DNA of 64,000 bases from contig OZ024758.1 of the NCBI GenBank assembly GCA_964016885.1, positions 12,834,001-12,898,000 of the forward strand, in the 5' to 3' direction. Numbering within the stretch: position 1 is the first letter of the stretch; each line of letters begins with the position of its first letter. Under the pieces are notes generated by a model. That model worked only from the letters and a program-made list of their open reading frames with translations. It ran no database searches and was not told the DNA's origin. This stretch comes from Eledone cirrhosa. Taxonomy: Eukaryota. This document shows, one piece after another, positions 45,527 through 61,148 of this stretch. A program made the translations under genes and the position numbers.

Positions 45527-45683
45527 AAGGAACGATCGACTTTCGTCAAATCGGACCGAGGAAACAATGTTTCCGTTGGTCTTTCCAGTTGCTAATACTA
45601 TCTATCGGTCGCAACTCCAGGTAGAAGTAGCAACGTGAAATAAAGTGCCTTGCTCAAGGACATAACGCATCGCTCAAGGACAT
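45527..45683 (-). mobile_element. SINE family 2, 5'-truncated
   Basis: Reverse-complement match to 19440-19582. Confidence 0.8.
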
Positions 45684-45709
45684 ATCGCTAATAGCTTTCT
45701 ACGTTTATG

Positions 45710-45761
<52 letters not shown>

Positions 45762-45899
45762 CATAAACGGAGAAAAATAATAGCGATACTCCGACCAATT
45801 TCCAACTCACTCAACAAACATTAGGAAATACCGGAGTATATTCCCAATTAAACGTTTGGGGTGCTAACTATATTGTATTGTGTGGATAATTGGTTGTAT

Positions 45900-45999
45900 C
45901 GAGGTTTACTTTGCCTTTCATCCTTGCGGGGTCGATAAAATAAAGTACCAGTAATGCACTGAGTAATTGCTGGCCTTGTGCCAAAAGTAGAAACAATTA
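45900..45999 (+). mobile_element. 5'-truncated SINE family 1
   Basis: Core and tail only. Confidence 0.8.
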
Positions 46000-46116
46000 T
46001 TTTATATATATATTAAAGATATATATTAAAGATCTCATTTCCCAAACGAATCGTTTCATTATAAGATTTCTACATAGTGGGTGAAATTGAGCTCTGCGGT
46101 CGGGGTTAAACATTTT

Positions 46117-46239
<123 letters not shown>

Positions 46240-46370
46240 ATGTGTGTGTGTATGTATGTATGTATGTATGTATGTATATTATATGTATGTATATTATAGA
46301 ATTGGTTTCTAGAGGACTAGAACTATTTCACTCGCAAGAAATCATCAGTATATATATATATACATGCACG

Positions 46371-46457
<87 letters not shown>

Positions 46458-47097
46458 ATATGAATATTTGTCTGACTGTTTATAACGTCTTTATTACGCC
46501 ATTTTATTAACGTCTTTCAGTTATTTTCATAAAATTTCAAATATAGATCAATTTCATCTAGTTGTGTTGTTGGTTGAATTGATCGTGTTTATATTTTATC
46601 TGATATTTTAAACAAATTTTCTGTTTGTCCCTTTAGAGCGCAGAAGCTAAAACTGTTCACCATTGTTGTTATTTTTCTTGAGGGATTTTTCAGAATATTT
46701 TGGCTATTTTCAATGTTTTGCTATTTTTTTTCTCTTTAATGGTTTTTCATTGCGTTTTGGATGTTGTTTTTCTGTTTCAAAATATTTTATTAAAAATATA
46801 ACATAGATAAATTGACAGTTATAAATGTATATTCAATGATTTGTTTATTTTATTTACTTACTATTTTTTTTTTTTGTTGAGATGGCATGAAATTAAATGG
46901 CTCTCAAAGTAGTATACAAAAATATTGATTCTATGTTTGTGTATTTTTTGGTTTAATTTAAAAAACGGAACTTCTTGTTTGTTAAAATAGGAAAGAAATT
47001 ATATATATTTTAGTTGAAAAAAACCCCCATGTATGTTACTGTTTATAATAAATATTTTAACTGTGGTATGTTAGTTTCTATAAATTAGTCCCCGGGG

Positions 47098-47153
<56 letters not shown>

Positions 47154-48284
47154 ATCCATAACTGGTAAAGATCCTCTTAGCTTTGTGTGATTATTATTGA
47201 AGTTGGTGTTCAGGTTGAGTATAAGAACTGCATTGATTATTGAGGTAATGGTTGAAAAATGTATATATCTAGTGCTGTATCTTGCAGCAAGAGACACTTT
47301 AGGCCTGAGGACACTTTAGCCACTAAGTTGAGAAACGTTAAGAAACTTGTGAAAAGCTGCGAAACTTAAGAAAAGGTTGAGATACGTTGGTCTAATGTAT
47401 CTACTGCTATTTAAAATGGAGTACGGTCGTCTATGATTTGGATGTAATTTGCAGTTAACCCTTTAAATATCAGTGAAGTCTTTCACCTCATCTAACCACA
47501 ATTACACGATAACACCACAACCAACACCACCCTACACCACCACAAACAACATAACAACCAGCACCACAACCAACATCACCCCACAACATCACAACCAACA
47601 CCACCCCACAATAACACCACAAGCAACACCACCCCACGACACCACAACCAACACCACCCCACAATAACACCACAAGCAACACCACCCCAATTCACCACAA
47701 CGAACACCACCCCACAATAACACCACAACCAACACCACCCCAAATAACACCACAACTAACACCACCCCACAACACCACAACGAACACCACCCCACAATAA
47801 CACCACAACCAACATCACTCCACAACCAACACCACCCCACAATAACACCACAATAACACCACAACCACAATTTGTCTCGTTGTTTCAGTGAGAAATCTTT
47901 ATAACTGTCCCTATTTTTACTTTAGTTTCTTTAACTATAGAATCCAAAACATAAGAATTAAAAAAAAAACCGAACAATTTCAAGAAGCGATGTCCATAAG
48001 ACAGAGAATATACTTCAAACAGTTTAAAGGGGGGGGGGGGGGGCTTGTGACGAAAGGAGAGGTTCGTCTTTATCTTTTGATGAGTGTGAAATGATTAGCA
48101 TTAAACACAAACAAACAAACAAACAAATAAACACTGACGATCTACACTGTACCGAGACGGAAGACAAAACAAAGAAACTAGAAATAATAAGTGTAAAAGG
48201 TCCCAAGAGAAACATTATAAGGGTTAAACCAGTACTAGAGGACAATAATATAAATATATAGAAGGAGGTATTATGTGCTGGCTA

Positions 48285-48333
<49 letters not shown>

Positions 48334-48404
48334 TTGAAAAGGAGGGTAACGTTTTATACAAAACAGATTCTTTAAATATACTTTCGTGGTCTTTTTTCCA
48401 TCCT

Positions 48405-48505
<101 letters not shown>

Positions 48506-49002
48506 TGTGTGTGTATACAAGAGACGTCGCTTATTACAATCAAAGATAATGGCAACCGCTTATTGACTCTTCATTTTATTGGGAGGTTTTTTTATGTCGT
48601 GTGAAACGTTATTTACGAGCTGTTTTATAAGCAGAGAGCAAAGAATAAAAGACAAATGTTTGTGGAAAATTTGGCCGAGTTAGTGTGGTTTGTCTCAAAT
48701 CTTTAGGGGTCAATTTTCATTAACCCTCTTTTTATTGTTTAGTCAGGGAGGAAGGTGTTGTGTCCATGAATATTTCACTGTCTCTGAGACATGTTTTGGA
48801 GCGGTAAAAGTAAGTACAGATCTCTGTTTAAATTGTATAGAGAAAGAAAATGTTAGATTTTATATAGTAGTTTAATAGTTCCGCGGTAATGCATTTGCGA
48901 GCTTTCCACGCGGCGAAGGACCATTGTCACCGCGCCCTGGGCCCAGAAGACAATCACCCCACACCTTTTCTTCTGTGACACTAGAGCTCTTGCCATTCAC
49001 TT

Positions 49003-49142
<140 letters not shown>

Positions 49143-49236
49143 TAGTATATTTACCAACATATGCGTACAGATGTACACTAATGCTTATATGAGTCCCTAG
49201 TGTCCGCGCATTGCCTGGGGACTTAGCTGAGAATAG

Positions 49237-49318
49237 ACTCCCTGATGACGTAATGAATTCTCGATGGTTACATTGCGTAACTATCTTTATCCCATTACAG
49301 AAACTAATTAGTTGGAGT
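49237..49318 (+). ncRNA. Type I hammerhead ribozyme with extended stem II
   Basis: ACUCC-CUGAUGA-C-GUAAUG...CAUUAC-A-GAAA-CUAAUUAG-UU-GGAGU; 5-bp stem I, palindromic stem III ACUAAUUAGU, inner hairpin GAUGGUUAC/GUAACUAUC. Confidence 0.78.
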
Positions 49319-49374
49319 GAAAATTTTAGTAAGTAAGTTAATTTTTAATTTTTAAAATTTTTTTATTTTACGTC

Positions 49375-49413
<39 letters not shown>

Positions 49414-49861
49414 GATAAATCTACCAAGAGTTTACGGTAGTGTCCAATCCGTATGAAGAACTCAATGTATTCCGGATATCATGGAAAGAAGAGATGCAAT
49501 GAAAAATCACTTTCGGTGAAAGATAAACGGAATACAGAGTCATATACATATTTTATATATATATATATATTTATTAAAATAACAGATTAAAGATATATAT
49601 ATATATATATTTTAGTATGTGTTGGTTGTTTACCGACACCCCAGTATGCAGGTTGGAGCACCCAACGATGTGCGCAGGTGGGTTTGTTTACTCCGGAATA
49701 ATGTAAAATAATGAGTGTATGTCAAACATGTTAAAGTTGCCTTTGTTTATTCCAATTAGCAGCGAACTGGAATTAACGAAGTCAACTTTAAATTGTTTGA
49801 CTTTCACTTATTATTCTATATATATATATATATGTGTGTGTGTTTGTGCGTGTGTGTGTGC

Positions 49862-49943
<82 letters not shown>

Positions 49944-50032
49944 ATAGAGACAGGTTCCAGCGAATTACGAACTAGTGACGTTCTGCATGAGAAGCAAACG
50001 TGATAACCACGACACCATGTTTGTATGTCATT

Positions 50033-50218
50033 CGGTGAATTGGCAGTAGCGGTAGAGGGTTGGACGCCATGCTTTCTAGCATAGTTACGTCCCTTTACAG
50101 TCTGAGTTCAAATCCCGCCGAGGTTAACTTTGCCTTTCATCCTTACGGGGTCGATAAAATAAAGTACCAGTAATGTACTGGGTAATTGCTGGCCTTGTGC
50201 CTAAAGTAGAAACAATTA
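50033..50218 (+). mobile_element. SINE family 1
   Basis: A/B boxes, core and tail present. Confidence 0.87.
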
Positions 50219-50430
50219 TATGTACTAACCCCCCCCCCTCTATTCGGGAATTTTTGTTGTTTGAATTCTCTATTTTGGTTTTTTTACACATTTCTGTTCT
50301 TTTTTTTTTTTTTTAGTTATAACCTTTTATACACGGCCAAAACCCACTTTGTATCGTCCTGTATCGTTCTGTGCCGTCTGTAATGTTTTTCTTCATGTTA
50401 GCCCTTGTGGCCAACAAAGAATCCATTATA

Positions 50431-50504
<74 letters not shown>

Positions 50505-52299
50505 TAACTACTACTACGAACTTCAAGTGTATTATTCTATTTACAAAGGAACAAAAACAGACAAAACAAACAAACCGGAAAACAATTCTAAAATAAGTGA
50601 AAATAAATCTAGTTAGCTATAGACTGAAATTTCTATTAAAAACCTTTACAAGATGGCGTAGAAGTATATTAAAAATATAGAAGTTACGTTCAGGTAAAGT
50701 TGGAGGATATTTCTGGTGTGGCAGTAATTATATGGTGGAAGTCATAGATGGAAGGGAGAGAGAAAGAATATCTTACCTACAGCACGGATCAATAAACCTA
50801 TATGGAACGTTATCAGTGATAGAGAGATTTACAGCATCCATCACAGAAGATTATAGTATTGAATTACAAAGACAGCTGAGCAAATCTAAAGGAAATTACG
50901 ATTGAAGTAACCGGAATTCCAGTAGGACCCTATAAATATATGTGTATATGTATATATATATGTAGATATATATGTATATATGTATATATGTGTATATGTA
51001 TGTATATATATATATATATGTAGATATATATGTATATATGTATATATGTGTATATGCATGTAGATATATATGTAGATATGTATATATGTGTATATGTATG
51101 TATATATATATATATATATGTAGATATATATATGTATATGTGTATATGTGTATATGCATGTAGATATATATGTATATATGTATATATGTGTATATGTATG
51201 TATATATATATATATATATGTAGATATATATGTATATATGTATATATGTGTATATGCATGTTGATATATATGTAGATATGTATATATGTGTATATGTATG
51301 TATATATATATATATATGCAGATATATATGTATATATGTGTATATGCATGTAGATATATATGTAGATATGTATATATGTGTATATGTATGTATATATATA
51401 TATATATATATGTAGATATATATATGTATATATGTGTGTATGTATGCAGATATATATGTAGAAATATATGTATATATGTGAATATGTATATGTATGTATA
51501 TATATATATGTAGATATATATGTATATATGTGTGTATGTATGCAGATATATATGTAGAAATATATGTATATATGTGTATATGTATATGTATGTATATATA
51601 TATATGTAGAAATAAATGTATATATGTATATATGTGTATATGTGTATATATATATATATATGTAGAAATAAATGTATATATGTATATATGTGTATATGTG
51701 TATATATATATATGTATGTAGATATATAAGTATGTATGTATATATGTATATATGAGTGCATGTATGTATATATATATTTATATATATGTGTAGATATGTA
51801 AATATGTGTATATGTGTTTATATATATATGTATATATGTATATATGTGTATATGTATGTAGATATATATGTATATATATGTATATATGTGTATATGTATA
51901 TAGATGTATATGTATATATGTATATATGTATGCGTCTGTATCTATGTGTGAATGTGTGTATGTATATATATAAATGTATGTATGTCTCTCTGTATGTGTG
52001 TATGTATGTGTATGTATATATATATATATGTGTATGCCTGTATATAAGTATGTATCTATGAATGATGGGTGTGTATGTATGTATGTATGTATGTATGTAT
52101 ATATATAAGTGTGTATGTATATGTTTCATCTTAATAAATGTAAATAAACATATAGATGTGCATGTATATGAATATATATACATAAAAATATCTAGTTACA
52201 CATATTAATACTCTCGTGTAGGGATGTGAGAATACCCTCCCCCCCTCCTTCTCTCTCTCTCTCCTCCTCACGCACATTCTCTCACTCACACATACAGAA

Positions 52300-52330
<31 letters not shown>

Positions 52331-52486
52331 CACACACACACGCGCATGAATGCATATATATATATTTAAATATATGGATATTTATAATAATATATGTCCA
52401 CTTGATTTCAAATGCATACAAAGTCAAACTATATATATATATAAATAAAATTATAAATAAAAATATAAATAAAAATTATAATTTAG

Positions 52487-52621
52487 TTCAGAAATAGCCG
52501 TCGAAACGGCTTGAGCTCTGCCGTCGGGGTCATACATTTTCCTATTTCCCACTCTACTACCCTAAGTATTGAGTACTCTGGTGCGTTATGGTCCATCTGG
52601 TTGCTTACCACAATTCCTTTG

Positions 52622-52623
<2 letters not shown>
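52487..52623. mobile_element. Family B copy (opposite orientation to 11711)
   Basis: Reverse-complement homology to 11711-11850. Confidence 0.75.
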
Positions 52624-52661
<38 letters not shown>

Positions 52662-52687
52662 ATATATATATATACAGTATATATATG

Positions 52688-52778
<91 letters not shown>

Positions 52779-52909
52779 TATATATATATAAGTATATATA
52801 TATATATGTAAGTATAAGTATTCTTACAAACATATTTAGACGTGAACTTCATTTCATATACAAATATATATAGGTACTTAAAGCTCTCACACAACAGCTG
52901 ATATATGTG

Positions 52910-52960
<51 letters not shown>

Positions 52961-52989
52961 CTAGACTTTTCCGACGGAATTGCTTCATT

Positions 52990-53032
<43 letters not shown>

Positions 53033-53280
53033 AAGGCTTCTACAGGAAGCCGGGATAATCTTATATATATATATATATGCATGGATGTATATATGGAATG
53101 GTCAAACTATGGATTATACACTTGACGTGTCGACCAATACGGAGGATATAGGTAAAAACTGGAAGTAAATTAACTCTTGCACATGGTTAACCCTAGAGAG
53201 AACAGGAAGTTTGGAGTAAGAAAACTTTTATAATCTCCAAATATGTGTATTGTATTGAGGCGGGGGGGGGGGGGCCTTGG

Positions 53281-53347
<67 letters not shown>

Positions 53348-54610
53348 CGCGCGCACACAAACACACACACACACACACACACAGAGAAAGAAACACACCT
53401 GATCATACGATGAAAGAAATCTCGACATTAAGATTTTAAATCCATCAATTCTGTTTGTGTAGAGAGGTAAAGATCGATGGTCTTCCGTCACTGAACAGAA
53501 CAACCAGCTCATGTATACACTCAACATATTTGTCAGGGAGATTTCAACGAGGCATAGTATGTAATATCGCTGCTTCTTTCAATTACAACTACAGTAAAAC
53601 AGACAGGCTTCAACACAATTTCCCTCACAAAGACGAACCCTTTCCTTAACACTTGTCGCTCAGACCACAGTAGAAAACCTTATAAAGCTTTCCTTATCTA
53701 ATCCCTGGTTCATATTCACGAAAGCCAAATCCTGTGACAGTAACTCCACACGAATCTTTGTTCCATCTACTCCACATGAAACATGACCTCAATCCTATAT
53801 TGTTCTGGGAGTGACGTCAACGACTCTCTTCATTACAGGGTTTATGTTTTTAAATGGAATAAGAAGTTTTAGCACTCTAAGAAATTATCTATTTCACCTA
53901 ATATCTAGCTCCAACCTGACTGTTTAATTATGTCTCTCTCAGAGACACTTACCTGTTAAATGCTTGGGTCCATTAAACGTTAGTTACCTCTGTCGAATTA
54001 GTGTCTTATGAAGGGCAGTGGAGAATTGAAAAGCATTTAACAGTCAGGCAGTAAACACCATGAAAAGAAAACCCTTATAACTACTAATTGAGAAAATCTG
54101 ACACGGTATATGAGAAGACTCGACCTTTCATTTACCTCTATAATCGATCTGACGAGCTACAATACAGTTTTATTCACAAGGCAATGGGTTGCCAGGAATT
54201 TATGTTAAACGACACATAGCTATGCTTCTATTCCCTGTGGCCAGTTCCAATACTTTAGCAACACAGCTATTTCTACACCACTATAAGCTTTTCTTTGCCA
54301 CTTACTATTATTGTACACGATCACATACATCTCAACGCCAGTCAATCTCTACCCGAAGACGTTGCAAGAGGATTATTTCTGCGAGCTGTTCTTTGTGTCT
54401 TTCTCTCTGGGGACTTTTCTTTTTGTTATTGTAAATTGTAAATTTATTTTTCTTCTGAAGTACCACATGCCATTAAAACAATAACGATTTGGGTGGTGTT
54501 TAAGAAACAAAAAATATACACACATCAACAGCATTCTAATGAAAGTGTATATACTTTCTTTGGCCCCCCTCCTCTCTCTCTTTATATATATATATATATA
54601 TATATGTATA

Positions 54611-54692
<82 letters not shown>

Positions 54693-55179
54693 CGCAATCA
54701 TGTAACACTGTTAAGTTTACGAAACATGTTTTTTCTGTCCCTCCTCTTGTTTGTATAATATACTTATATCTCATTTCAGCCTGCAGTGTTTATATGCATA
54801 AGTGTTTGATTTCTGACGATTATCTCCCCTGACAGAATGTTTGTTTACTTATACCAAGTTTGGCATCGTATTGGTAAACTTGGCTCAGCCAAAGGACACA
54901 AGTTATTACTTTAAAATGCTTAAATTTCAATTAAGGAGTTTATTGTATATTATTGGGTTTGAATAGAAACAATAATAAACTTTGAGGCTTTGACAAGTGT
55001 GGGATGTGTTTGTTTGTTTGTATTATTCATCCTTCCAGCATGGATTGATTGGTGTAGGCGGTATTTCCTCGTGGGTCAGTGTTGGTGGATGGGGAATTTG
55101 ACATTTTTTTAACACTAAGAAGGAGTGCTAAAGATGGTGACGGTATATATCTGTTATATATATATATATATATTTTTTT

Positions 55180-55394
55180 AGGAACGATCGACTTTCTTCA
55201 AATCGGACCGAGGGAACAATGTTTCCGTTGGTCTTTCCAATTGCTAATACTGTCTATCGGTCGCAACTCCAGGTAGAAGGAGCAACGTGAAATAAAGTGT
55301 CTTGCTCAAGGACATAACGCATCGCCTGGTCAAGGAATCGAACTCACAACCTTACGATTGCGAATCCAATTCTCTAACCACTCAGCCACACGCC
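55180..55394 (-). mobile_element. SINE family 2, full length
   Basis: Reverse-complement match to 19368-19580, B-box GAGTTCGATTCC. Confidence 0.87.
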
Positions 55395-55463
55395 TTCACA
55401 CACATATATATATATATATATATGTATGTAAAAGGTAAACAGAAATAACAACACAATCGGTAC

Positions 55464-55650
55464 AGTATATGGAAGGGATATATTAGGTTAACGCTTGATA
55501 TAGCAGGAAGAGGGTCTTAACGTTTCGGACGCTAGTCCTTCATTAGAAGAAATAATGAGAAATAAGAAAGATTGAGGGTACGGGTGGGTTGGAATTGGAA
55601 AAAAATGTCTTTAGATAAAAATAACAGGTCCATTCATGTTGACATCTCTT
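55464..55650 (-). mobile_element. Hammerhead-bearing dispersed repeat (family C)
   Basis: Inverted homologue of 61003-61148, sharing blocks such as AAGAGATGTCAACATGAATGGA and TATCAAGCGTTAACCTAATATATCCCTTCCATATACT. Confidence 0.7.
55515..55550 (-). ncRNA. Minimal hammerhead, core-mutated copy (family C)
   Basis: Minus strand: UCUU-CUAAUGA-A-GGAC(UAGC)GUCC-GAAA-CG-UU-AAGA; G5>A in the core. Confidence 0.6.
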
Positions 55651-56044
55651 GCAAAACTATTGCTGCTGGCGTTTTGTGTATGCTTTATACACATATATTT
55701 ATAATAATAATATATGTAGAAATCAACACAGTAAATTCTGCGTCTAAAATTACGAGGGTAGATTATACCACAAATGTTTTATATATTTAAACTGAAGCAT
55801 ACACTAAGATACAAGATTTCATATACATACCGTATCAATAACGATTTCATCTCTCGTTAATTGCCGAGTATCAATATGAGTTAATAACTTTATATTTTAT
55901 TCATATATTTATATATAGTATTGATTATACTATTTATGGTTATGCAAATACAAAAACCTTTTGTAGTTATATATATTTTTATAAACCCTAAATAGTGGTA
56001 GGGAGTAATATACTACAACCTTATTACCAGTAAGTTAATTATAA

Positions 56045-56095
<51 letters not shown>

Positions 56096-56498
56096 CATAA
56101 TTTCTAACAGGAAGGCGGTTAAAATTCAGGGGCGACGGATGGGTCTTGTTGTCTAAACCCGTCCCAGAATTTGACTTCTTCGTTTCATTTAGTTCTGAAT
56201 GATGAAAAGCAACAGTTGACCTTAACGGGATTTGAACTCACGAAAAGAGAAGGAATTGGAACGCAACGAGGAAAACAACTTTGGTGCTTAAAGTCGGATA
56301 AGTTGAGTTGTTAATAACATCTGGTGATTAATTTTATATATCTGTTGGATGTCACGTAAAGTAGGGGCTAGATCATATATAGAATACCGAAACGTTCTTT
56401 ATAGGGTCAGTTCTAGTGAAGGAAAGATGTTTTTCAAACCGTGAAGGAACAAATGGCTTTATATAACTTACTTACATCCTGTTGTTGCTTTTACCTTT

Positions 56499-56563
<65 letters not shown>

Positions 56564-56663
56564 CACCTCCCTCTTTCACTTACTCTCTCTCACTCTCTTT
56601 CAAGAACAGACATATACACACACAGATCATCATGCGCGGACTAATATACACGTGTTTTGTACC

Positions 56664-56766
<103 letters not shown>

Positions 56767-56820
56767 GAAGCAGAGAGAAAGTTAGAGAGGGAAAGATAGG
56801 AATATATATATATATATATA

Positions 56821-57110
<290 letters not shown>

Positions 57111-57141
57111 AGCAGAGAGAAAGCTAGAGAGGGAAAGGTAG

Positions 57142-57177
<36 letters not shown>

Positions 57178-57572
57178 CAATGAATAAGTAGATATAGTGT
57201 AGGCATGATATGGAAAAGACGAAGGCTAAAGAAATAATGTCAGTGTGATATAGCTATATCAGTAATTGTTTTGGCAGACATGACACTTATGTGGAACCAT
57301 TCTAGGAAATGTCCCCAAATATGTTTAGAAAGGTCAAAATATTTTTCAGAATTGACAAAAACATTATTTAAAAAAAACATCAAATAATGTAAAAATATCG
57401 ATAGATAAAAATAAAACTATAAATACAATAACTAAAACAAGGCCAAAATGGCTTAACCCTTTGATTTAGCAAACATCAGATTAAAGATTATTTCCTTTCA
57501 AGTAGTTAAGCCTATTAAACCCAGGACGAAAATCTTGAACAAAAACACATAAGCAAAGACAATTTTATGTAT

Positions 57573-57646
<74 letters not shown>

Positions 57647-57656
57647 CCCCCTCTCA

Positions 57657-57690
<34 letters not shown>

Positions 57691-57769
57691 CTATATATAT
57701 ATATATATAAACATATATTATATATATATTATGGCTAAATCCGAGAATAAGCTCAAATACATACATAAC

Positions 57770-57823
<54 letters not shown>

Positions 57824-57877
57824 CACGTATATATATATATATATATATATTTATGTGTATAATGTATATGTATATAC

Positions 57878-57913
<36 letters not shown>

Positions 57914-59124
57914 AAAGTAACGAAGATCACTGGTACTAATTGAACGTTCTCCGATCAGCGGAGCCTGAAACTAGCTGTTGAACCGGTAAGAGCTCAGCCG
58001 TTGGGCTTCAACTCTTTATAACACACACACACACACATTGAAACAAGACAAAACACTCGCTGCTCCAATCGCCATTTATTGTCTCCCCCCCCACCCCAAA
58101 TGCTGTGATGTCACGCCAACTAGGGAGATTAATTAAAAACACACTATCCCCTATCAGCAGCCATTACTGAACAGCTGGTCTGCATCACATGATATCCGCC
58201 CGCCATGGTCAATGCACGTGGTGTAAAAAAAACACACTCAAACAAACAAACAAAACTAACAAAGATAAACAAACAAACATGAGAAGACTTATGAAAATGG
58301 CGTCTTCCCTTTTTTAGATTTACTGAGAGAAAGATGGCTGAATTCTCACAAATTATCACCGGTACTGGTTTGACTAAGGTCAGGGCAAGGAGGAATAACG
58401 ATAGTTACGCTAATACTGAGACTTGGTATGGGAAGGTAGAGTGGAGTGGAGTGGAGTGGAGTGGTAAGTGATAAGAGGGAGGGTGAAGATGAGGGTGAGG
58501 GAGCGAGGGGTAAATTAGAAGTGTATGAGGGGAGGGAGAGAGAGAAGGAGAGGGAGTTAGAGAGGAGGAGAAGAAGGGTTGATGTGGAATGAAGAGGTCA
58601 GTGATAAGAGGGAGTGTGAGGGAGGGTCAGAGAGTGTGAGGGGGTGAAGGAGATAGAAAGTGAGAGAGAGAGAAGTTGAGAGGCGGAGGGAGCCTGGAGA
58701 GAGAGAGAGGAAGAGGTGTGAAGTTGAGTGAAGAGGTCAGTGATAAGAGTGGGTGTGAGGGGAGAGAGAGAGGGAGTGTGGGGAGAGAGAGGTGAAGTAT
58801 GAGGGAGGGAGAATATGTGAGGGGGAAGTGGCGGTGTAAACAAATAGGTACAAATAATGGTGAGATAAAAAGAAAAGAACAGAGGAGGAAGAAATGTTGG
58901 TGGTGATGATGATGATGGTGGTGGTGATGGTGGTGATAGTGGTGATGATGGTGGTGGTGATGGTGGTGATAGTGGTGATGATGGCGAGGATGATGATGAT
59001 GGTGGTGGTGATGGTGGTGATAGTGGTGATGATGGTGATGGTGATAGGGATGATAGTGGTGATGATGGTGATGGTGATGGTGATAGTGGTGTTGGTGTTG
59101 GTGGTGGTGGCGGTGGTAGTGTTG

Positions 59125-59156
<32 letters not shown>

Positions 59157-59223
59157 GGCGGTGGTGGCGGTGGTAGTGTTGTTGTTGTTGGTGGTGGTGG
59201 TGGTGGCGGCTGTGGTGGTAGTG

Positions 59224-59255
<32 letters not shown>

Positions 59256-59764
59256 GGTGGTGGTGGTGGCGGTGGTAGGGTTGGTGGCAGTGGTGGTGAT
59301 AAAGATGAAAAGAACCCCACGTGTCGGATGCTGTCCAGAAATGAAGATAGAGGGCGTTGTTTTGATAGATAACGTATATGTGACATCAGCCTTCTTCTCA
59401 TCACTTCACAATTCCATTTTGTTTTCAATTATTTCTTCAATCTTGACATTCCGTTAGTACAAGAGGGTGTCACGAACCGACCAATGAGTTCTTTAAGTCG
59501 TTTGCGCGATCTACTAGAAATAAGAGTCAAATCTTTATTCAATCACATCATTAAAAATGTAAAAGATGATATACTTATAATGTAGATGTATGTAAAATGT
59601 AAACAGAAGCATCAAAGTAAACGACATAGTAAAATGAAGAAATATATTAGTTTAAAGCTTGAAATAATAGGAAAAAGTTTGTTAACCTTTCGGACATAAG
59701 TCTTTCATCGCAGTTGTCGATGGTCAAGTCTGGAATGCCTCTGACCATAGGTATGGTTTAAGAC

Positions 59765-59903
59765 TGAAGAAGAAGAAGAAGAAGAAGAAGAAGAAGAAGA
59801 AGAAGAAGAAGAAGAAGAAGAAGAAGAAGAAGAAGAAGAAGAAGAAGAAGAAGAAGAAGAAGAAGAAGAAGAAGAAGAAGAAGAAGAAGAAGAAGAAGAA
59901 GAA
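59765..59903. repeat. Pure (GAA)n microsatellite, ~46 units
   Basis: Direct inspection. Confidence 0.95.
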
Positions 59904-60160
59904 TTTCTAGCAATTTTATTTATTCTATTAGAAACTAAACATATTTTTCAATTATGAATATTCGAAAGAAATTTACAATAACTCAACATTTGCATATCAA
60001 ACAAACAAACAAAAAACACGATAAAGAAAGAGAAAAAGAATATAATAAAATAATGAAAGTAAATGAAAATAAGGGGTAGATTTTACACCCCAGTCGAGGT
60101 GGTAGAAAAACCACAAATAAATATAAAAATCCTTCTCTTCTAAGAAACACAAAAAAAAAT

Positions 60161-60329
60161 AATTGTTTCTACTTTAGGCACAATGCCAGCAATTACCCAG
60201 TGCATTACTGGTACTTTATTTTATCGACCCCGTAAGGATGAAAGGCAAAGTCAACCTCGGCGGGATTTGAACTCAGATCGTAAAGGGACGTAACTATGCT
60301 GGAAAGCATGGCGTCCGACCCTCTACCGA
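60161..60329 (-). mobile_element. SINE family 1
   Basis: Reverse complement of the family consensus, slightly 5'-truncated. Confidence 0.85.
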
Positions 60330-60673
60330 AAAAATAATGATACATATTAGGTTATGATTTATTTCGGTTTTGTTGTTAATCTCACCTACTTCCTTCCTTA
60401 TATCTTTATTTCTTTGAAACAATTTACGATTTTGTACTGGTTGAACTCAGTGTGATGAAGCATAAACTCACCTATATTTCCTCGTGGATATGAATTACAG
60501 CGAGTTACATTGAAAATCGTGATAGAGATCGTTTATCTGTCAGTTTTTGCACGAAATTAATCGTCAATTCTTTATTTCTCTTTGTCCTGGCTTTGTCCTG
60601 GCTTTTGTTTGCACAATGTCATCAGTTGGTAAGGTTAAAAGATAAAATATTATTTGGTTTATATAGAGTTAAT

Positions 60674-60749
<76 letters not shown>

Positions 60750-60809
60750 AAAACCTTCGATTTTCAGCCCCATGGATTTTATCTATTACATTCATTTATT
60801 ATATTTCGA

Positions 60810-60867
60810 ATACCTGATGATATCACCGGACTCATACGGAACCCGGTCATTGAAATGATCATAGTAT
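60810..60867 (+). ncRNA. Type I hammerhead ribozyme
   Basis: AUAC-CUGAUGA-UAUC-ACCGG...CCGGU-CAUU-GAAA-UGAUCA-UA-GUAU; palindromic stem III AUGAUCAU. Confidence 0.65.
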
Positions 60868-60935
60868 AAAAAACCTTTCAAGAATTTACACAAGTCCAGC
60901 CTCCTGTCATTTTATTATAATATATATATAAGTAT

Positions 60936-61002
<67 letters not shown>

Positions 61003-61006
<4 letters not shown>

Positions 61007-61148
61007 AGATGTCAACATGAATGGAGACATTTTTTCCAATTCCAATTTATTCCTCATTCTTTCTTCTGATGAAAGACTAGCGTCCGAAACGTTGAGACCC
61101 ACTTCCTGCTATATCAAGCGTTAACCTAATATATCCCTTCCATATACT
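61003..61148 (+). mobile_element. Hammerhead-bearing dispersed repeat (family C), abutting (TA)n
   Basis: Homologous to 55464-55650 with internal deletions. Confidence 0.7.
61062..61097 (+). ncRNA. Minimal hammerhead ribozyme (family C)
   Basis: UCUU-CUGAUGA-AAGAC(UAGC)GUCC-GAAA-CG-UU-GAGA; AACGUU palindrome as in Penelope-type minimal hammerheads. Confidence 0.75.

Noticed and set aside
58598-59457. Pro-rich 276-aa and Val/Met-rich 187-aa ORFs
   Set aside because: Products of GGT/GAT/GTT triplet repeats and purine-rich low-complexity DNA
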